Shown piece after piece: positions 14,203 through 26,300 of a stretch of 64,000 nucleotides of DNA. The DNA comes from Octopus sinensis (taxonomy: Eukaryota). The DNA lies in assembly GCF_006345805.1 (NCBI RefSeq), contig NC_043017.1:5766001-5830000 (forward strand), given 5' to 3'. The stretch's first letter is position 1, and every line of letters starts with the position of its first letter. The notes under the pieces were generated by a model. It saw only the letters and a list, made by a program, of their open reading frames with translations, was not told the origin of the DNA and did no database searches. The position numbers and the translations under genes were made by a program.

Positions 14203-14653
14203 CATGTGGGTGTTAAAAAGTTCCTGGCTTTGGGTAACAAGAAAATACAGGAGGATCAGTTAATTATGCTTTTATTCAACATATCCCTCTCTCAGATTCA
14301 CACACTGCTGCTGTTCCTCAGTTTTTCTAAGCTCTGTAAAAAAAAAAAAAAAAACTCGGAAGGGTGGGCATTTAACCAGGCCTTTTGCAATACCCTTAAC
14401 CCCTTAGTGTTCAGATTACTCTGTTGAATGTAATGCTTTTTCTCTCAAATTGTTTTGAATAAATCATGCATTATCTTAAAGCATTGAGGTTTCAATGATG
14501 TGATTGTTTATTTTTAGAATGTCAATGCAGGTTAGGTGTGAGAGGCTAGATATGGCCAGTTTCAATATAAAACATGTAGAATATATTGGGCCAGATTTGG
14601 CCAGTTTAAACACTAAAGGGTTAAAGCAGAAAGCTTTTCAGCATCCTCTTGTG
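14203..14653. mobile_element. Mariner-like MITE interrupted by a piggyBac-like MITE
   Basis: Imperfect TIRs TAcatgtgggtgttaaaaagttcctggcttt / aaagcagaaagcttttcagcatcctcttgtgTA, with TA flanks. Confidence 0.65.
14400..14620. mobile_element. piggyBac-like MITE
   Basis: TTAA duplicated at 14396-14399 and 14621-14624; TIRs ccccttagtgtt / aacactaaaggg (11/12). Confidence 0.85.
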
Positions 14654-14672
14654 TATGTGTGTGTGTATTCAT

Positions 14673-14754
<82 letters not shown>

Positions 14755-14880
14755 GCATAAATAAAGATATTATTAATATTATTATTAATAGATAATGACA
14801 ATAATATAAATGGCCAGCAAGCATTAAAGCCAAAAGTCAAATTCATAAATTTATGATTTACAATTAATTATTAATTATAT

Positions 14881-15221
14881 TTGAAGATACACGAAGTACC
14901 AGTGTTGCCAGAAATAAGAGTCGAAAAATACTCAAAATAGCCCACAATGTGACTGAAAATTGAACAGACCGACGAAAATCGAGGAAAATTTAACCAACCG
15001 TTGAGGTTGGAAGTCGCAAATGAAAATCGCAGATATACCTATATCACGTGATTTAGAACTTTGAAATATTTCCCTTAGTTCTCATCAGTAGGTCTCGTTA
15101 CTGCCAAGAGTTAAAACTTATACTCACTTCCTCGTGCCTAAATTTTCATTGAAATTGTGGCTTGTTTTGAGTATTTTTCGACTCTTATTTCTAGCAATGC
15201 TGTTACTTCGTGTACCCTCAA
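14881..15221. mobile_element. Non-autonomous element with ~65-bp terminal inverted repeats
   Basis: Left gatacacgaagtaccagtgttgccagaaataagagtcgaaaaatactcaaaatagcccacaat pairs with the right-hand attgtggcttgttttgagtatttttcgactcttatttctagcaatgctgttacttcgtgtacc. Confidence 0.85.
15037..15093 (-). ncRNA. Type I hammerhead-like motif with G12U substitution
   Basis: Minus strand: accta CTGATGA gaact(16 nt)agttc tAAA tcacgtga TA taggt. Helix I 5/5, helix II 5/5, ATCACGTGAT palindrome as helix III. Confidence 0.6.
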
Positions 15222-15342
15222 CGTAGCTACACCTGATTAATGATTAATCATAAATTATAAATTTATATGTATATATATGAATGCAGGTAGGAAGGTATAT
15301 ATATCTATGTGTGTGTGCATGTCTGTGTATATAACTAGTCTC

Positions 15343-15488
15343 ATTTTCTGTATATCCAATCTATTCACAAGGCTTTGGTTGTCTTGGGGCTACAGTACAA
15401 GACATTTGCCCGAGGTGCCACGCAGTGGGTTGAACCTGGGACCATGTGGTTAGGAAGCAAACTTCTTATCACACAACCGTGCTTGCCC
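15343..15488 (-). mobile_element. SINE family B, 5' half
   Basis: Reverse complement of the family B head and core. Confidence 0.8.
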
Positions 15489-15649
15489 CAAGCATATACT
15501 CATGGACGAACGTATTTGTGTGTATTTATTTGTGTTTACATATATAGAATTCATAAACCTGCATACATACATACATACATACATACATACATACATACAT
15601 ACATACATACATACACACATACATACATACATACATACATACATGAACT

Positions 15650-16545
15650 TTACTAAAAATTCAGTTTGGAGATAAAGTAATGATTCTTCAGGAACTCAGT
15701 GCACGAATTGGTGAAAAATAAAAGAAGATATGGAACTTTTTAAGGGACCATTGAATTGAACGATCATAATCAAATTCCAGTAGTTTACTTTTTCTGCAAA
15801 TTTTCAGAGAATTGAATTTCAGTGTTTGTAACAAGCTCTTTGAACATAAAAAGATTCAAAAAGAAACTTGGATGCACCCAAGTTCCAAGAAATCGCACAT
15901 GATTGATTATGTTTTAACTAGAAGGAGAGATTTTAATAATGTGGGAGATGTCCGGGTTTTAAAGGCACAGTGTGTACCATGCGTTATGATCTTGTACAAG
16001 CTAAAGTGAAATTCAAAGTAAGGTTCAAAATTAAAAAGCGGAATTTTCAACAAAGTCTTCATGCTGCAAAGCTAAAGGAATTATCTGTCAGGAAATAATT
16101 AGAGCAAGGCTTTAATTCATTTAAGGATACTACTAATTGAGATGACTTCAAAATCAAGGTTTACTAAATTTCAAAACAACTATCTGAGGATTACAAAATC
16201 CCAAAATCCCAACCGTAATTATCCTTGCAAAGAGTTCTAGTGAAACAACTTTGTCAAAATGAAAATTTATTTGTTCAATATAAAAGTTTTAAGCCAAAGA
16301 TTCAAAAAGAAATCAGAAGAATGAAAACTAAGTGATGTATTCAACGTGCTTGTGATCTTTAGAAAGCATGGCATCAAAAAATTGGATATTAAAGAAATTT
16401 ACTCTTTAATATATACAATGTGCGTTCCTCACCCAACTTCCTGTGCTTTCATTAATATAAAGAATGGCAAAACCCTCATTAAAGATTCGAATAAGATCCT
16501 TCAACGGTAGCAAGATTGTTTACTGCTCTGATAAATTACTCATCA
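15650..16545 (+). mobile_element. Degenerate RTE-like LINE, APE endonuclease region
   Basis: FSVCNKLFEHKKIQKETWMHPSSKKSHMIDYVLTRRRDFNNVGDVRVL (ORF 15812..16009) matches APE C-terminal motifs of RTE elements. Later NGKTLIKDSNKILQR matches the RTE linker. Many stops and frameshifts. Confidence 0.85.
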
Positions 16546-16584
16546 AGTACTGACTGATGCTTTTTAGAGTTTATTCAGTATTGA

Positions 16585-16879
16585 TACTTCGTCGGTTACA
16601 ACGACGAGTGTTCCAGCTGATTCGATCAACGGAGCAGCCTTCTCGTGAAATTACGTGCAAATGGCTGAGTACTCCAGAGACACCCTTAACGTAGTTCTCA
16701 AGGAGATTCAGGATGATACAGAATGCGTCAAGGTTGGCCCTTTGAATTACGTGTACAACTCATTTTTGCCAGCTGAGTAAACTGCAGCATTGTGAAATAA
16801 AGTGTCTGGCTCAAGGACACCATGCGCCGCCAGGAATCGAACTCACAAACTTACGATCTTGAGTCGAATATACTAACCA
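16585..16879 (-). mobile_element. tRNA-derived SINE, core Y with tail T1
   Basis: Minus strand: gtgagttcgattcctgg B-box, core gtgtccttgagccagacactttatttcac, tail gagaactacgttaagggt...gtaaccgacg. Confidence 0.85.
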
Positions 16880-16949
16880 TGTCCGACAAACCGACCAGCA
16901 AACTGAAAAATAAATGAATAAACAAACACACTCTGTTCATTGTCCTTCT

Positions 16950-17470
16950 ACTTTCAATGAAGTAAGAAACACTTGCAGAGTGGTTGATTGTATTGAGGAA
17001 GAATTCCAAAATGTTTAGCCTGTGCTCTGAGAAAAGAGCCTAGAAACCGACTCTTAGATGCAGAGACTGTGTTTGATAAGATCTGAAAAGAAGCAATATT
17101 CATGTGGAAAGTTGAGAAATTATTGTAATTGATAGGTCATGAAGGAGAAAAATATACACTCACTGAATTTATTTTGAAGAAAATCACATTAAACAAACTT
17201 GAAACGAGACAACAGAAAAGAAAACTTCATAGACCTGAACAATCCCTTCAAATCTTCAATTTGTAATCCGCTTTGTTTGTTTAAGGCTGGTCTTGTCAAC
17301 CAATCAAAGATAGAGGAACCTAGACAAGTTAGTAAGACTTCACTGACTGAAAAGATATGCGTCATGTATAAATCATGTAAAAATGTTAGTCTTTTAGATG
17401 CGGTTTTGAAAATACATGCGTGTGTGCGATAAGACAGAGGTCATTATGTCTCCTCAAAAGACACAGGCAC
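16950..17470 (+). mobile_element. Possible highly degenerate RTE reverse-transcriptase continuation
   Basis: Weak motif remnants (VFDKI..HEG; SCKNVSL..KTEVIMSP) in the same orientation, downstream of the APE fragment. Confidence 0.35.
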
Positions 17471-17611
17471 AATACAGATATTACGATTCCGCATTGAATT
17501 TAACTTTGAAGAGACATTTCTTTGATAATTGTATTAAAAGCTGTATATCAGCTGGGCTGAAAAGTCATTCGTTTTGCAACTCATTAACAAGACGTAGACA
17601 TACTTTCTCTT

Positions 17612-17613
<2 letters not shown>

Positions 17614-17697
<84 letters not shown>

Positions 17698-17701
17698 ACA
17701 C

Positions 17702-17732
<31 letters not shown>

Positions 17733-17735
17733 GAT
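17614..17735. repeat. (CA)n microsatellite
   Basis: Direct reading. Confidence 0.95.
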
Positions 17736-18337
17736 ACATACACTCACATGCATATGTAGTACATGATGCGTCCGAAAGTTTACACAATGCAACTTTACAA
17801 AGTAATCCTCCTGAAGATAAAAATATAATCTATTGTAATGCGGAGGGAATACTCACTGATAACACGAACGAATATTAGTGGGATGTTCCTGTTAAAAACT
17901 TCAGTAAAATGCTCGTGTGGAAATTAATTTCCCAGCAGTTGTTATAATGATGTTGAAGTTTAGTGAAAAAAGGAAACATCTACACCGAACTAAAGAGAAA
18001 CCACAATACTCCTATTGGACTATTGCTTTAGATCCTAGCTTCCCAAAGTGGGCGATTTCAACTTACAGGTGGACGATGGACGATTTTCTAGAAAATGGTG
18101 GACGATTAGAGATTTTGGTGGGCGATATGAACATTTTATGGGTGACAATGAATTTTTAGAAATTAAGTCTTTATCTACTAATATCTAGATATGCCTAGAG
18201 TAAGGATGCACTTTTATCAATTCGACTACTCGCTTGAGACGTCCCTTTATATTAAAAAAAGCGGACTTGTTTATCGATCGAATATTTTTGTCGCAGTCAC
18301 TGAGATGGTTGTCATGCGTGCTAAATATAGCAGTCAA

Positions 18338-18606
18338 ATAGGTCGTTATTATGTCCTAGCATATGTGTTGCCTTTTTTTAGTTTTCGTATTTTCCAGTGG
18401 TGTTCTCTGTCTGTTATTTTAACTTCATCCCACAGGGGGGGGGGAGTCTCCGTTTTTCCATATATGATCAGCTGTCCTGATTTATTAATATCTCCTCGTG
18501 TTACAGCTTTGCGATGTTCCTCAACCCTTATTTTGAAGGGCGGCATGTTTCGCCTTTGTATAACCTACCACAGCTGCATGGGATGGAGTACACGCAGTCT
18601 TTGGTC
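18338..18606 (-). mobile_element. Penelope-like element GIY-YIG endonuclease fragment (inverted copy)
   Basis: Minus strand reads KDCVYSIPCSCGRLYKGETCRP / FKIRVEEHRKAVTRGDINKSG..PLWDEVKITDREHHWKIRKLK, with frameshifts. Confidence 0.88.
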
Positions 18607-18799
18607 ATATTCATCCCTGTGGAATGAAGTTAAATTAATAGACAGAGAACACAGAGAAAATACGAAACTAAAAGAGGTTATTATGCTTGGACATAATAAC
18701 CTCCTAAGCAGGCCTAGTGCAGATATGAGTAGCATATGGGAACCGGTATTAAGGAAGGATAGGAAAATATTAGATTTATAAGCCCTAAAATTCACTCCA

Positions 18800-18870
18800 T
18801 ATGGTGTAGTGGTTAAGAGTGCGAGCTACTAACCCCAAGATTCCGAGTTCGATTCCAGGCAGTGACCTAA
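18800..18870 (+). promoter_or_regulatory. tRNA-like Pol III promoter cassette inside the Penelope 3' region
   Basis: A-box-like tggtgtagtggtt and B-box-like gagttcgattcc at tRNA spacing. Not a complete cloverleaf by eye. Confidence 0.55.
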
Positions 18871-18938
18871 ATAATAATAATAATGATAACGTCGAAAAAT
18901 ACTTTAGGAATGAGAAGCCAGGTTCGAAATTCCCCCAG

Positions 18939-18984
18939 GATACCTGATGAAGGCTGGAGAGTACATCAGCCGAAATGTAATGTT
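18939..18984 (+). ncRNA. Degenerate minimal type I hammerhead ribozyme motif
   Basis: gatac CTGATGA a GGCTG-gagagtacat-CAGCC GAAA tg TA atgtt. Core intact, helix II 5 bp, helices I and III partly decayed. Confidence 0.65.
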
Positions 18985-19487
18985 AACAACAAACAAAATG
19001 AGGACAAATATCCGTCGAATGTAAATAAAGGATATAATTCCTCATCTCTTAAATATAGAACTGTTATAGGCATATCTGCATAACTATGTCTATATTCTTG
19101 TGAAAGAGACTAGTTTCTAGGTTAGAAACGATCCAGTGCTAGAGTGGTGAGAAATCTTAAGAATAAAGAGGAACGTACGTAAGACATACATAAACACATA
19201 TATACATACATACATACATACATACATACATACATACATACATACATACATACATACATACATACATACATACATACTATAATGATAAATGAGTTGTTGA
19301 GTTTGGTTCTCTGAAAAGTAACCACCTCTGGCGATCAAAATACATTGTTAGTGTTTTTAAACGTAGTTTTCTTTGACTGGACACCTGCCTCATATTTATA
19401 TTAAACATGTTTGCGTTTGTTACACACACACACACACACACACACGCACGCACACACACACACACCACACACACACACACACACACG

Positions 19488-19542
<55 letters not shown>

Positions 19543-19621
19543 GTTATACCGAATACACTATGAATTTTAGCTAAAAAATTCTCGAAACTCTTATTGCAGC
19601 ATAATAATAATGATGATAATA

Positions 19622-19843
19622 AGAATAGTAATCCTTTCTATTAAAGGCAAAAGACCTGAAATTTGTGGGTGGGGGCTAGTCGAATACATCTACTCCAGTA
19701 CTCAGCTGATACTTATTTTATTAACCCCGAAAGGATGAAAGGCAAAGTCGACCACGGCTGACTTTGATCTCAGAACGTAGCGGCAGGCGAAATACCACTA
19801 AGCATTTCGCCCGGTGTGCTAACGAATCTGCCAGCTCGCAACC
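19622..19843 (-). mobile_element. SINE family A
   Basis: Head, core and ggccttgtgcct-type tail recognisable on the minus strand. Confidence 0.85.
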
Positions 19844-19849
19844 TCAATA

Positions 19850-19928
<79 letters not shown>

Positions 19929-20316
19929 TGATGATGATATTCCTGTCTACTATAGGCACAAGGCCTGAAATTTGAATAGGAGGATACACGATAAACTTCA
20001 GAGTCGCTGAAGAGGCCACAGATGTGTGACGAAAGATTTCCAAACAATGCACATAAAATAAAATAAGTACAATAATAAACGAGTGGAGAACGAATATATA
20101 GTGCGTGTGTTTATTTGACAAAAAAAAAAAATGACCATCCCAAAATATAACGATATTTGTTTCAACACGCGATTTCACATCAGGAATCTTGCTAAACAAA
20201 TCCATAAACGTAATTGTCTTGATAGATTATCATGAATTTGAGTCCTTAACAGTAACTTTTATTTATGTTTGGCTGAAAAATCCAGCTTAGTTAAATCGGT
20301 TTTGTGAGCTTGCATG

Positions 20317-20350
<34 letters not shown>

Positions 20351-20819
20351 TGGGGGTAGTGGGGATTTCTTCGCTAAAGGTCTTCTGCTGTTCAGCTGTC
20401 CCTTGAGTTTCTTACTACTATCGTGTTTAATGTCTATCACTCAATTTGAATTTTGTGCCAGAATTTTAGAAGCTTTTTATAGTACTTTGACCATTTTGCA
20501 CATTGCTGGAATGAGTACGGATTTTGGAATAATCGGGATACATGTGAAAAAATAATTTCTTTCGACATCCGCCCTGTGACCGAGTAACTGATGCCAACAA
20601 ATTCTTGTTTATTATACTCGAAGTCTGTACATGGTCGGCCGACACGACAGAAATAGCTATAAAGTATTCTTCAATTTACACCTTATCGTTTTAAATAAAA
20701 ATAAATAACATGAAAAAACTAGAACACTTCGCCATCTTTAAGAATAGTGTGTAGTATTAGTATGAATTTATCAATAAACACCGGTTATTCCATGTCTGGG
20801 GAAGTCTATCTATCATGAT

Positions 20820-21120
20820 TGTTTGTTTCTTCTCGAGCCATCCCTGGCTCATAAAGGCTGGTTTCCCGGTTTCCTTGGCGTATAGGTTCCTCACCTGGAC
20901 GGGACGCCGGTCCGTCGTAGGTGAGGCAAGATGTAGGAGGAAAGAATGAGAGAAAGTTGTAGCGAAAGAGTCAGCAGAAGTTCACCATTACCTTCTGCTG
21001 GAGCCGCGTGGAGCTTAGTTGTTTCACTCATAAACACACACATCGCCCGGTCTGAGATTCGAACCCGCGATCCTTCGACCGCGTGTCCGCTGCTCTAACC
21101 ACTAGGCCATGCGCCTCTAC
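20820..21120 (-). mobile_element. tRNA-derived SINE, core X with tail T2
   Basis: Head gaggcgcatggcctagtggttagagcagcggac, B-box ggttcgaatc. 12-bp TSD atctatcatgat at 20808-20819 and 21121-21132. Confidence 0.9.
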
Positions 21121-22794
21121 ATCTATCATGATAAATGTTGCTAAATTGAACTTCCAGTAGTCTCTGCCCATACGTGTTTCAGTTGTAGGTTCGTTCATTG
21201 TTTACTATATGTGAACTTTATCACCGTATACTAATTACATAGCTATAATAATATTTTGAGTTTAAAATAAATTTTAAACAGTACTGAAATTTTTCATTGA
21301 ATTTATAAAGAAACTATTTTAAAATGCTTATACATAAGATTAATGATAACTTGAACAATTTGTTCAGAGTATGTAATATAACTGGTAACGCTGTAGCAGC
21401 TATTGTGTAATGTAATGAGCAATAAGTAATCATCAGCGCCTTACATTTGAATGGTAAATAAAAGTTCACTGAATTACATGTTCCTGGCTCTTCTCGGTTT
21501 ATATATTACTATTATGAAATGCTTAGGTAATTTACTGCATCAAGACATTTTATTCTATAGCAATTATACTGCTTCTGTGTTTTGGTTATCCATGTTTTTG
21601 CGTTCATTATACAGTGTGAATGGACGTTTGTCAATAAATTTTACTAAATTGCCAAAGTAGCATTAAATATAAACTTTTAAATAAAATAGCAATGGATTAT
21701 TGTAGCAGCATCGAATTAATAATATAGCTACACTCAGTCGTAAAACGCAATGAATTTGCTGCTTGTATTTTGTTACAGAAACCTTATCAATTACACCCTG
21801 TTACACCGAAATGCAAAGGTCTACAAAAGACACACACATGTACACACAGACACACAGACACAGACACACACACACACACACACACATGTATGTATATATA
21901 TGTGTGTGTGTGTGTTTGCTATATGTGTTTTCAAAACTGAGACATTTCAAGTGGTTCTCAAAACTGTTTTTCCTAATGTTCATCGATAAGTAGGATGTTC
22001 GAGAATAATTTGTATATGTCTAGGTATATTCAAATATTTAGTAGAATCTTTGTTCAATGATCAGCATTAAATCAATCATTGTCACTTGATTTGTTTCGTT
22101 TGAAATACGCCGTCATTCACTTTATTACTAATACGATATAGCCATCTTAATACGCATATATTTATTGAGACAAGAAGTTTTAAGATATTTATATTGTTTG
22201 TCTCTTGCACACTATTAGGCTAAAAAACAGTTAAGCAACGATTTATATTTTGATGATATATTGCAAATGTTAACAATGAATAATTCAATGTTACTTTATA
22301 AAAAAGGGAGTTTATTGAACTTATGATATAGCTAACCACACATTATGTGCTGGAAATTGCATTATATATTCATATACCTAAAACATGCATATAGATAGAG
22401 TTACAATATATATAGCTGTTAACCTAAGTATTGCAAATACATATGCATACCACTCTCTCCCTTACAGGTATACAATTTAATATACATACATATATAAAAT
22501 GGAAATTTTATTTCTAGATCTCTCGATGAGAGACATTCAGTAACAGTTCTTTCAAGTAAAGGCTATTCACCAACATAATGTTGCTGTCCCGAAAGGAACG
22601 ATGTTACTGTTGTTTTAGCCGCAAGAAACATCGTTTCCAGCTGGCTATAACGACGCACTGTGTCCTTATATTTTCGAACATTTATTTATTTTCGTTGCGT
22701 CTTACATACAACCTCTTCAAAAGTCGTTATCGGAGCTGCGGTCTATTTATTTGTCTGTGCGCATGTGTATGCGTCAATGTACATGTGTATACGC

Positions 22795-22795
<1 letters not shown>

Positions 22796-22825
<30 letters not shown>

Positions 22826-22948
22826 TGTATGTATGTATGTATGTATGTATGTATGTATGTATGTATGTATGTATGTATGTATGTATGTATGTATGTATGT
22901 ATGTATGCATGTATGTATGTATGTATGTATGTATGTATGTATGTATGT
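22796..22948. repeat. (ATGT)n microsatellite
   Basis: Direct reading. Confidence 0.95.
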
Positions 22949-22949
22949 T

Positions 22950-23290
22950 ATGTCAGGTCACTTTCGAGTGCTACTGGTAACATGTAACCCAGTACAACCT
23001 GTTGCATGGTCGGATCGTCGGCGACTAAACCGGCAACCCCACCAACCCTGCTTGGTGAGGAGGGTGTTTATTGGACACCCTGCGGGATGAAAAACAAAAC
23101 CCGTCAAAGGGCGGAGGAACTCTTAAGAGTCAACGGCCATCTAATAAATGTCTTAAGGCTGTATCATGGACATAGAAATAATCGGACTGAATACCCGATC
23201 GCGCGGTTAAACTATTGGAAGTGAAGGACTCCTAGCTTTTGTTAGGGCATCCTTCTAGTAGAAGGTAACTCAGGTAACTGGGATAACTCA
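22950..23290 (+). mobile_element. Repeat resembling the 5' UTR of an RTE-type LINE
   Basis: Second copy of its 3' part at 46305-46408. ttctagtagaaggtaactc resembles the RTE 5'UTR motif ctaggagaagg.aactc (recalled, not searched). Confidence 0.5.
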
Positions 23291-23313
23291 TTAATGTTGC
23301 TGTTGTTATTAAT

Positions 23314-23516
23314 GCGGTGACCTGTCTGATTCGTTAGCACGCCAGGCAAAATGCTCAGCGCCATTTCGCCCGACTTTACGTCAGAGTTCAAATTCCGCCG
23401 AAGTCCGCTTTGCCTTTCATCCTTTGAGGATCGATAAAAGAAGTACCAGTTGAGCATTGGGGTCGATGTAATCGACTTAAGCCCTCCCCCGAGCTTTCTG
23501 CCCTTGCACCAAAATT
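23314..23516 (+). mobile_element. SINE family A (diverged)
   Basis: Head-to-tail similarity to the other family A copies; (TTA)n tail. Confidence 0.8.
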
Positions 23517-23568
23517 ATTATTATTATTATTATTATTGCTGTTATTGTTGCTGTTGCTTGTTTGTTTG

Positions 23569-23933
23569 TTGAGCGAAGCGATCTTCGTCCCAGTGCTCGC
23601 AGTGGGAGAAGTCCGAAATGTGGTCCTTTGCTATTCGTAAGACCCGCAGAAGTGAAAGCAGATCAACCCCCGACACCGAGAGCATCGACGGATGGATGAA
23701 TGCGCATCCAGGCTTAGCGGTTGCGTAGGAAGTCGGGGACAAGAAACAGGAAGAAAAAGTGAAAGTTGGAGCGAAAGAGTACAACAGGGATCGCCACCAC
23801 CCCCTGCCGGAGCCTCGTGGAGCTTTAGGTGTTTTTGCTCAATAAACACACACAACGCCCAGTCTGGGAATCGAAACCGCGAACCTCCGACCGCGAGTCC
23901 GCTTCCCTAACCACTGGGCCATTGCGCCTCCAC
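23569..23933 (-). mobile_element. tRNA-derived SINE, core X with tail T3
   Basis: Head gtggaggcgcaatggcccagtggttaggg; core gctccacgaggctccggcagggg; tail shared with 56139-56471. Confidence 0.9.
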
Positions 23934-24320
23934 TTGCTGCTGCTGCTGTTGTTGTTGATGTATAAGTACATAAACTTGTGTGTTGAATTGCAGCTCATTT
24001 TCTAAACGTTAACTCAACTACCTAAGAAATGTTAAGCACAAATATAAAACTGAAATAGTACTGGAGTCGATAATTAAAAGCCTTTGAAGTGGTGCCCCAG
24101 CTTAGCCGCGACTCGAAAAATTAAACTCAGCAAAAAGACTAATGTAGTCGACATAAAATGTTGATGTTAAAACTGTTTTGGAGTTTTATGCTCGACTTTG
24201 GCAATATTCACACGCTTTGCTTTCCAAAATAGTCTGCCTGAAGATTGCCACTGGCTGACACGAAACTTTTATAATAGACATGTGAAATTCTAAGCTTTAA
24301 AATCTCCGTGTGTGTTTGTA

Positions 24321-24364
<44 letters not shown>

Positions 24365-24711
24365 CTCGCACATGCACACACACACACATATATATATGCA
24401 CATGTAAATATTCAATTACGCACACATATGTAAGTATGTAAGCATATAGAATATGTGAATATTCACAAACGTGTGTGTCTTTCATTTCCCATTATACATA
24501 CACACACTTACACACATACGCATACATATACAATATATGCATATATATATTGTTTGCGCGCATACGTGTGTGTGTGTGTGTGTGTGTGTTTTCATATATA
24601 TATGTATATGTACATATGCATAATACATACATCTTTTAGTGTGTGTATTTTCATATATATATATATGTATGTATATGTATATGTATATATGCATGTATAT
24701 ATATATCTTTG

Positions 24712-24742
<31 letters not shown>

Positions 24743-25539
24743 TGTGTGTGTCTGCACGTGTATGAATAGATGTTCACAGAACTTACTTTTGCTATTATTC
24801 GCCTCTACGGAATGTATTTGTAAATTTTTTTAAGCAAACCAAAGCCATCTTGTGTGATGTATTAACACGAAAGTGGAAACAAATAGAATCAAAGAGAAGT
24901 CAATGTATAAATAAAATAAAATACATAATACACACACATTTATAAACAGATAATAAATATAAACTTATAAATATATAAAATATGTAAATGTAAAAACAAA
25001 TAAAATATATAAAATACACGAAGAAGTAAAACGATAAAAAGAAACACCACAAAACTCTCAACGACAAAGATTTCGACATCTTCTTCTGTATCAAGATTGC
25101 ATTAAAGTAACTAAGAAGATTGCAATGAGAATTCTGTGAAATAGGTGTTATGCGAAAGAAATTTTAGATTGTGCAGTTTTGTCGATTCTTTCACAGCAAT
25201 CAGTCTCTCTCTGTACGAAAAATAAAATCTTTCTACTCTTGGACAAGATTATGAATGTTTAGGGAGGAAGCGAGTTGATCTCGGTGGAATATGAACCCGG
25301 GACATAAAGCTGGAAGCAATATCACTATGCATTTTTGTTCGGCGTGGTGACGATTCTGCCAGCTCGCCACCTTTGTATTTATGAAATAACTCTTCCTCTT
25401 TTTGGCTACAAGTCAAGCTTTTTCTTTTTTTTTTTTGAGGGAAGGAGAAAAGTAGATTACATCCACCATAATCCAGTGCTCGACTGGTACTTATTTCATC
25501 GCCCTCGCTAGAATGAATACCAAGCCAAGTGCACAGTCA

Positions 25540-26300
25540 TTATTGGTATAAATGTGACTCTATAATCTGGGTTTAGAAGCTGGAGGCTTCGAAGCAGTTG
25601 TCCATGGTTATCCTATTTCTCTTTGATTTTCTGTTGAGCCGTTGATCACTTTGAGTACGCACTTCTTATCTGTCCCATACAGCAATATCCAGCCTACCAA
25701 GGTTGCACTTGGTAGAAGTTATGGTAGGCACGTTCCACCAATATTGTTGGTATTTACGTATGTATTCAGCAAGAGAGGATTCATTATATTTATTCTACGC
25801 TAGTCTTTTTCTTCTCCGAATGGCATTCTGCATTGTTTTAGCAACAACTTCATGTTACATAGAGCTAATACCTAGACATTTTTTTTCTTTTGGCAGCTGT
25901 TGATCACGTGTGGTGTCTTCCACAGAAATGTGACGTAACCTACATTCTAGGTTGCATATTGGAGCCACAAGGGTTTCACTACCTTTTTTTCTTTATTCGC
26001 TATTTTGTAACAATCTCCTATTCTTTGGAAGTGTGATGTGATGTAGCTGTCACGAGACCAGGTGGATATTATTGCTGTCTTCAAATCTTCGTGAAACGTC
26101 TTCATGCATAGCCTTTTTTCGGTATACTGAACAACGCTTTATATCCGAGGCTCTTTTGAGATGCGTTAATGCAGCTGTTTTGGGGTTGTATAATGCGAGG
26201 TTGTCAGGAAAAGAATGTTTCCTGAGCATCTCATTGTCGACACGAAGGATATCGTTCTTCTCTTCGCTTTTCAATGCTAGATTTATGGTTCTCTCCTCTC
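25540..26300 (-). mobile_element. Degenerate RLE-type non-LTR retrotransposon, second family
   Basis: Minus-strand frames give YRKKAMH, SRDSYITSHF, EIVTK, CNLECRL, HEVVAKTMQNAIRRR, YWWNVPTITSTKCNLGRLDIAVWDR and QLLRSLQLLNPDYRVTFIPI, in the order expected for thumb-CCHC-RLE. Confidence 0.8.

Larger units (their letters stand above)
18607..19063 (+). mobile_element. Penelope-like element 3' end: GIY-YIG C-terminus, tRNA-like segment, hammerhead, terminal sequence
   Basis: SLWNEVKLIDREH..KLKEVIMLGHNNLLSRPSADMSSIWEPVL (stop 18779-18781) is paralogous to the adjacent inverted copy. It is followed by A/B-box-like sequence and CTGATGA..GAAA. Confidence 0.85.

Noticed and set aside
18800-18870. Functional tRNA gene (also the SINE heads)
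   Set aside because: A and B boxes are present, but no complete acceptor stem or oligo-T terminator is visible; treated as tRNA-derived repeats.
22950-23040. HDV-like ribozyme
   Set aside because: Could not assign P2, P3/L3 and P1.1 consistently; kept only as a structured leader.
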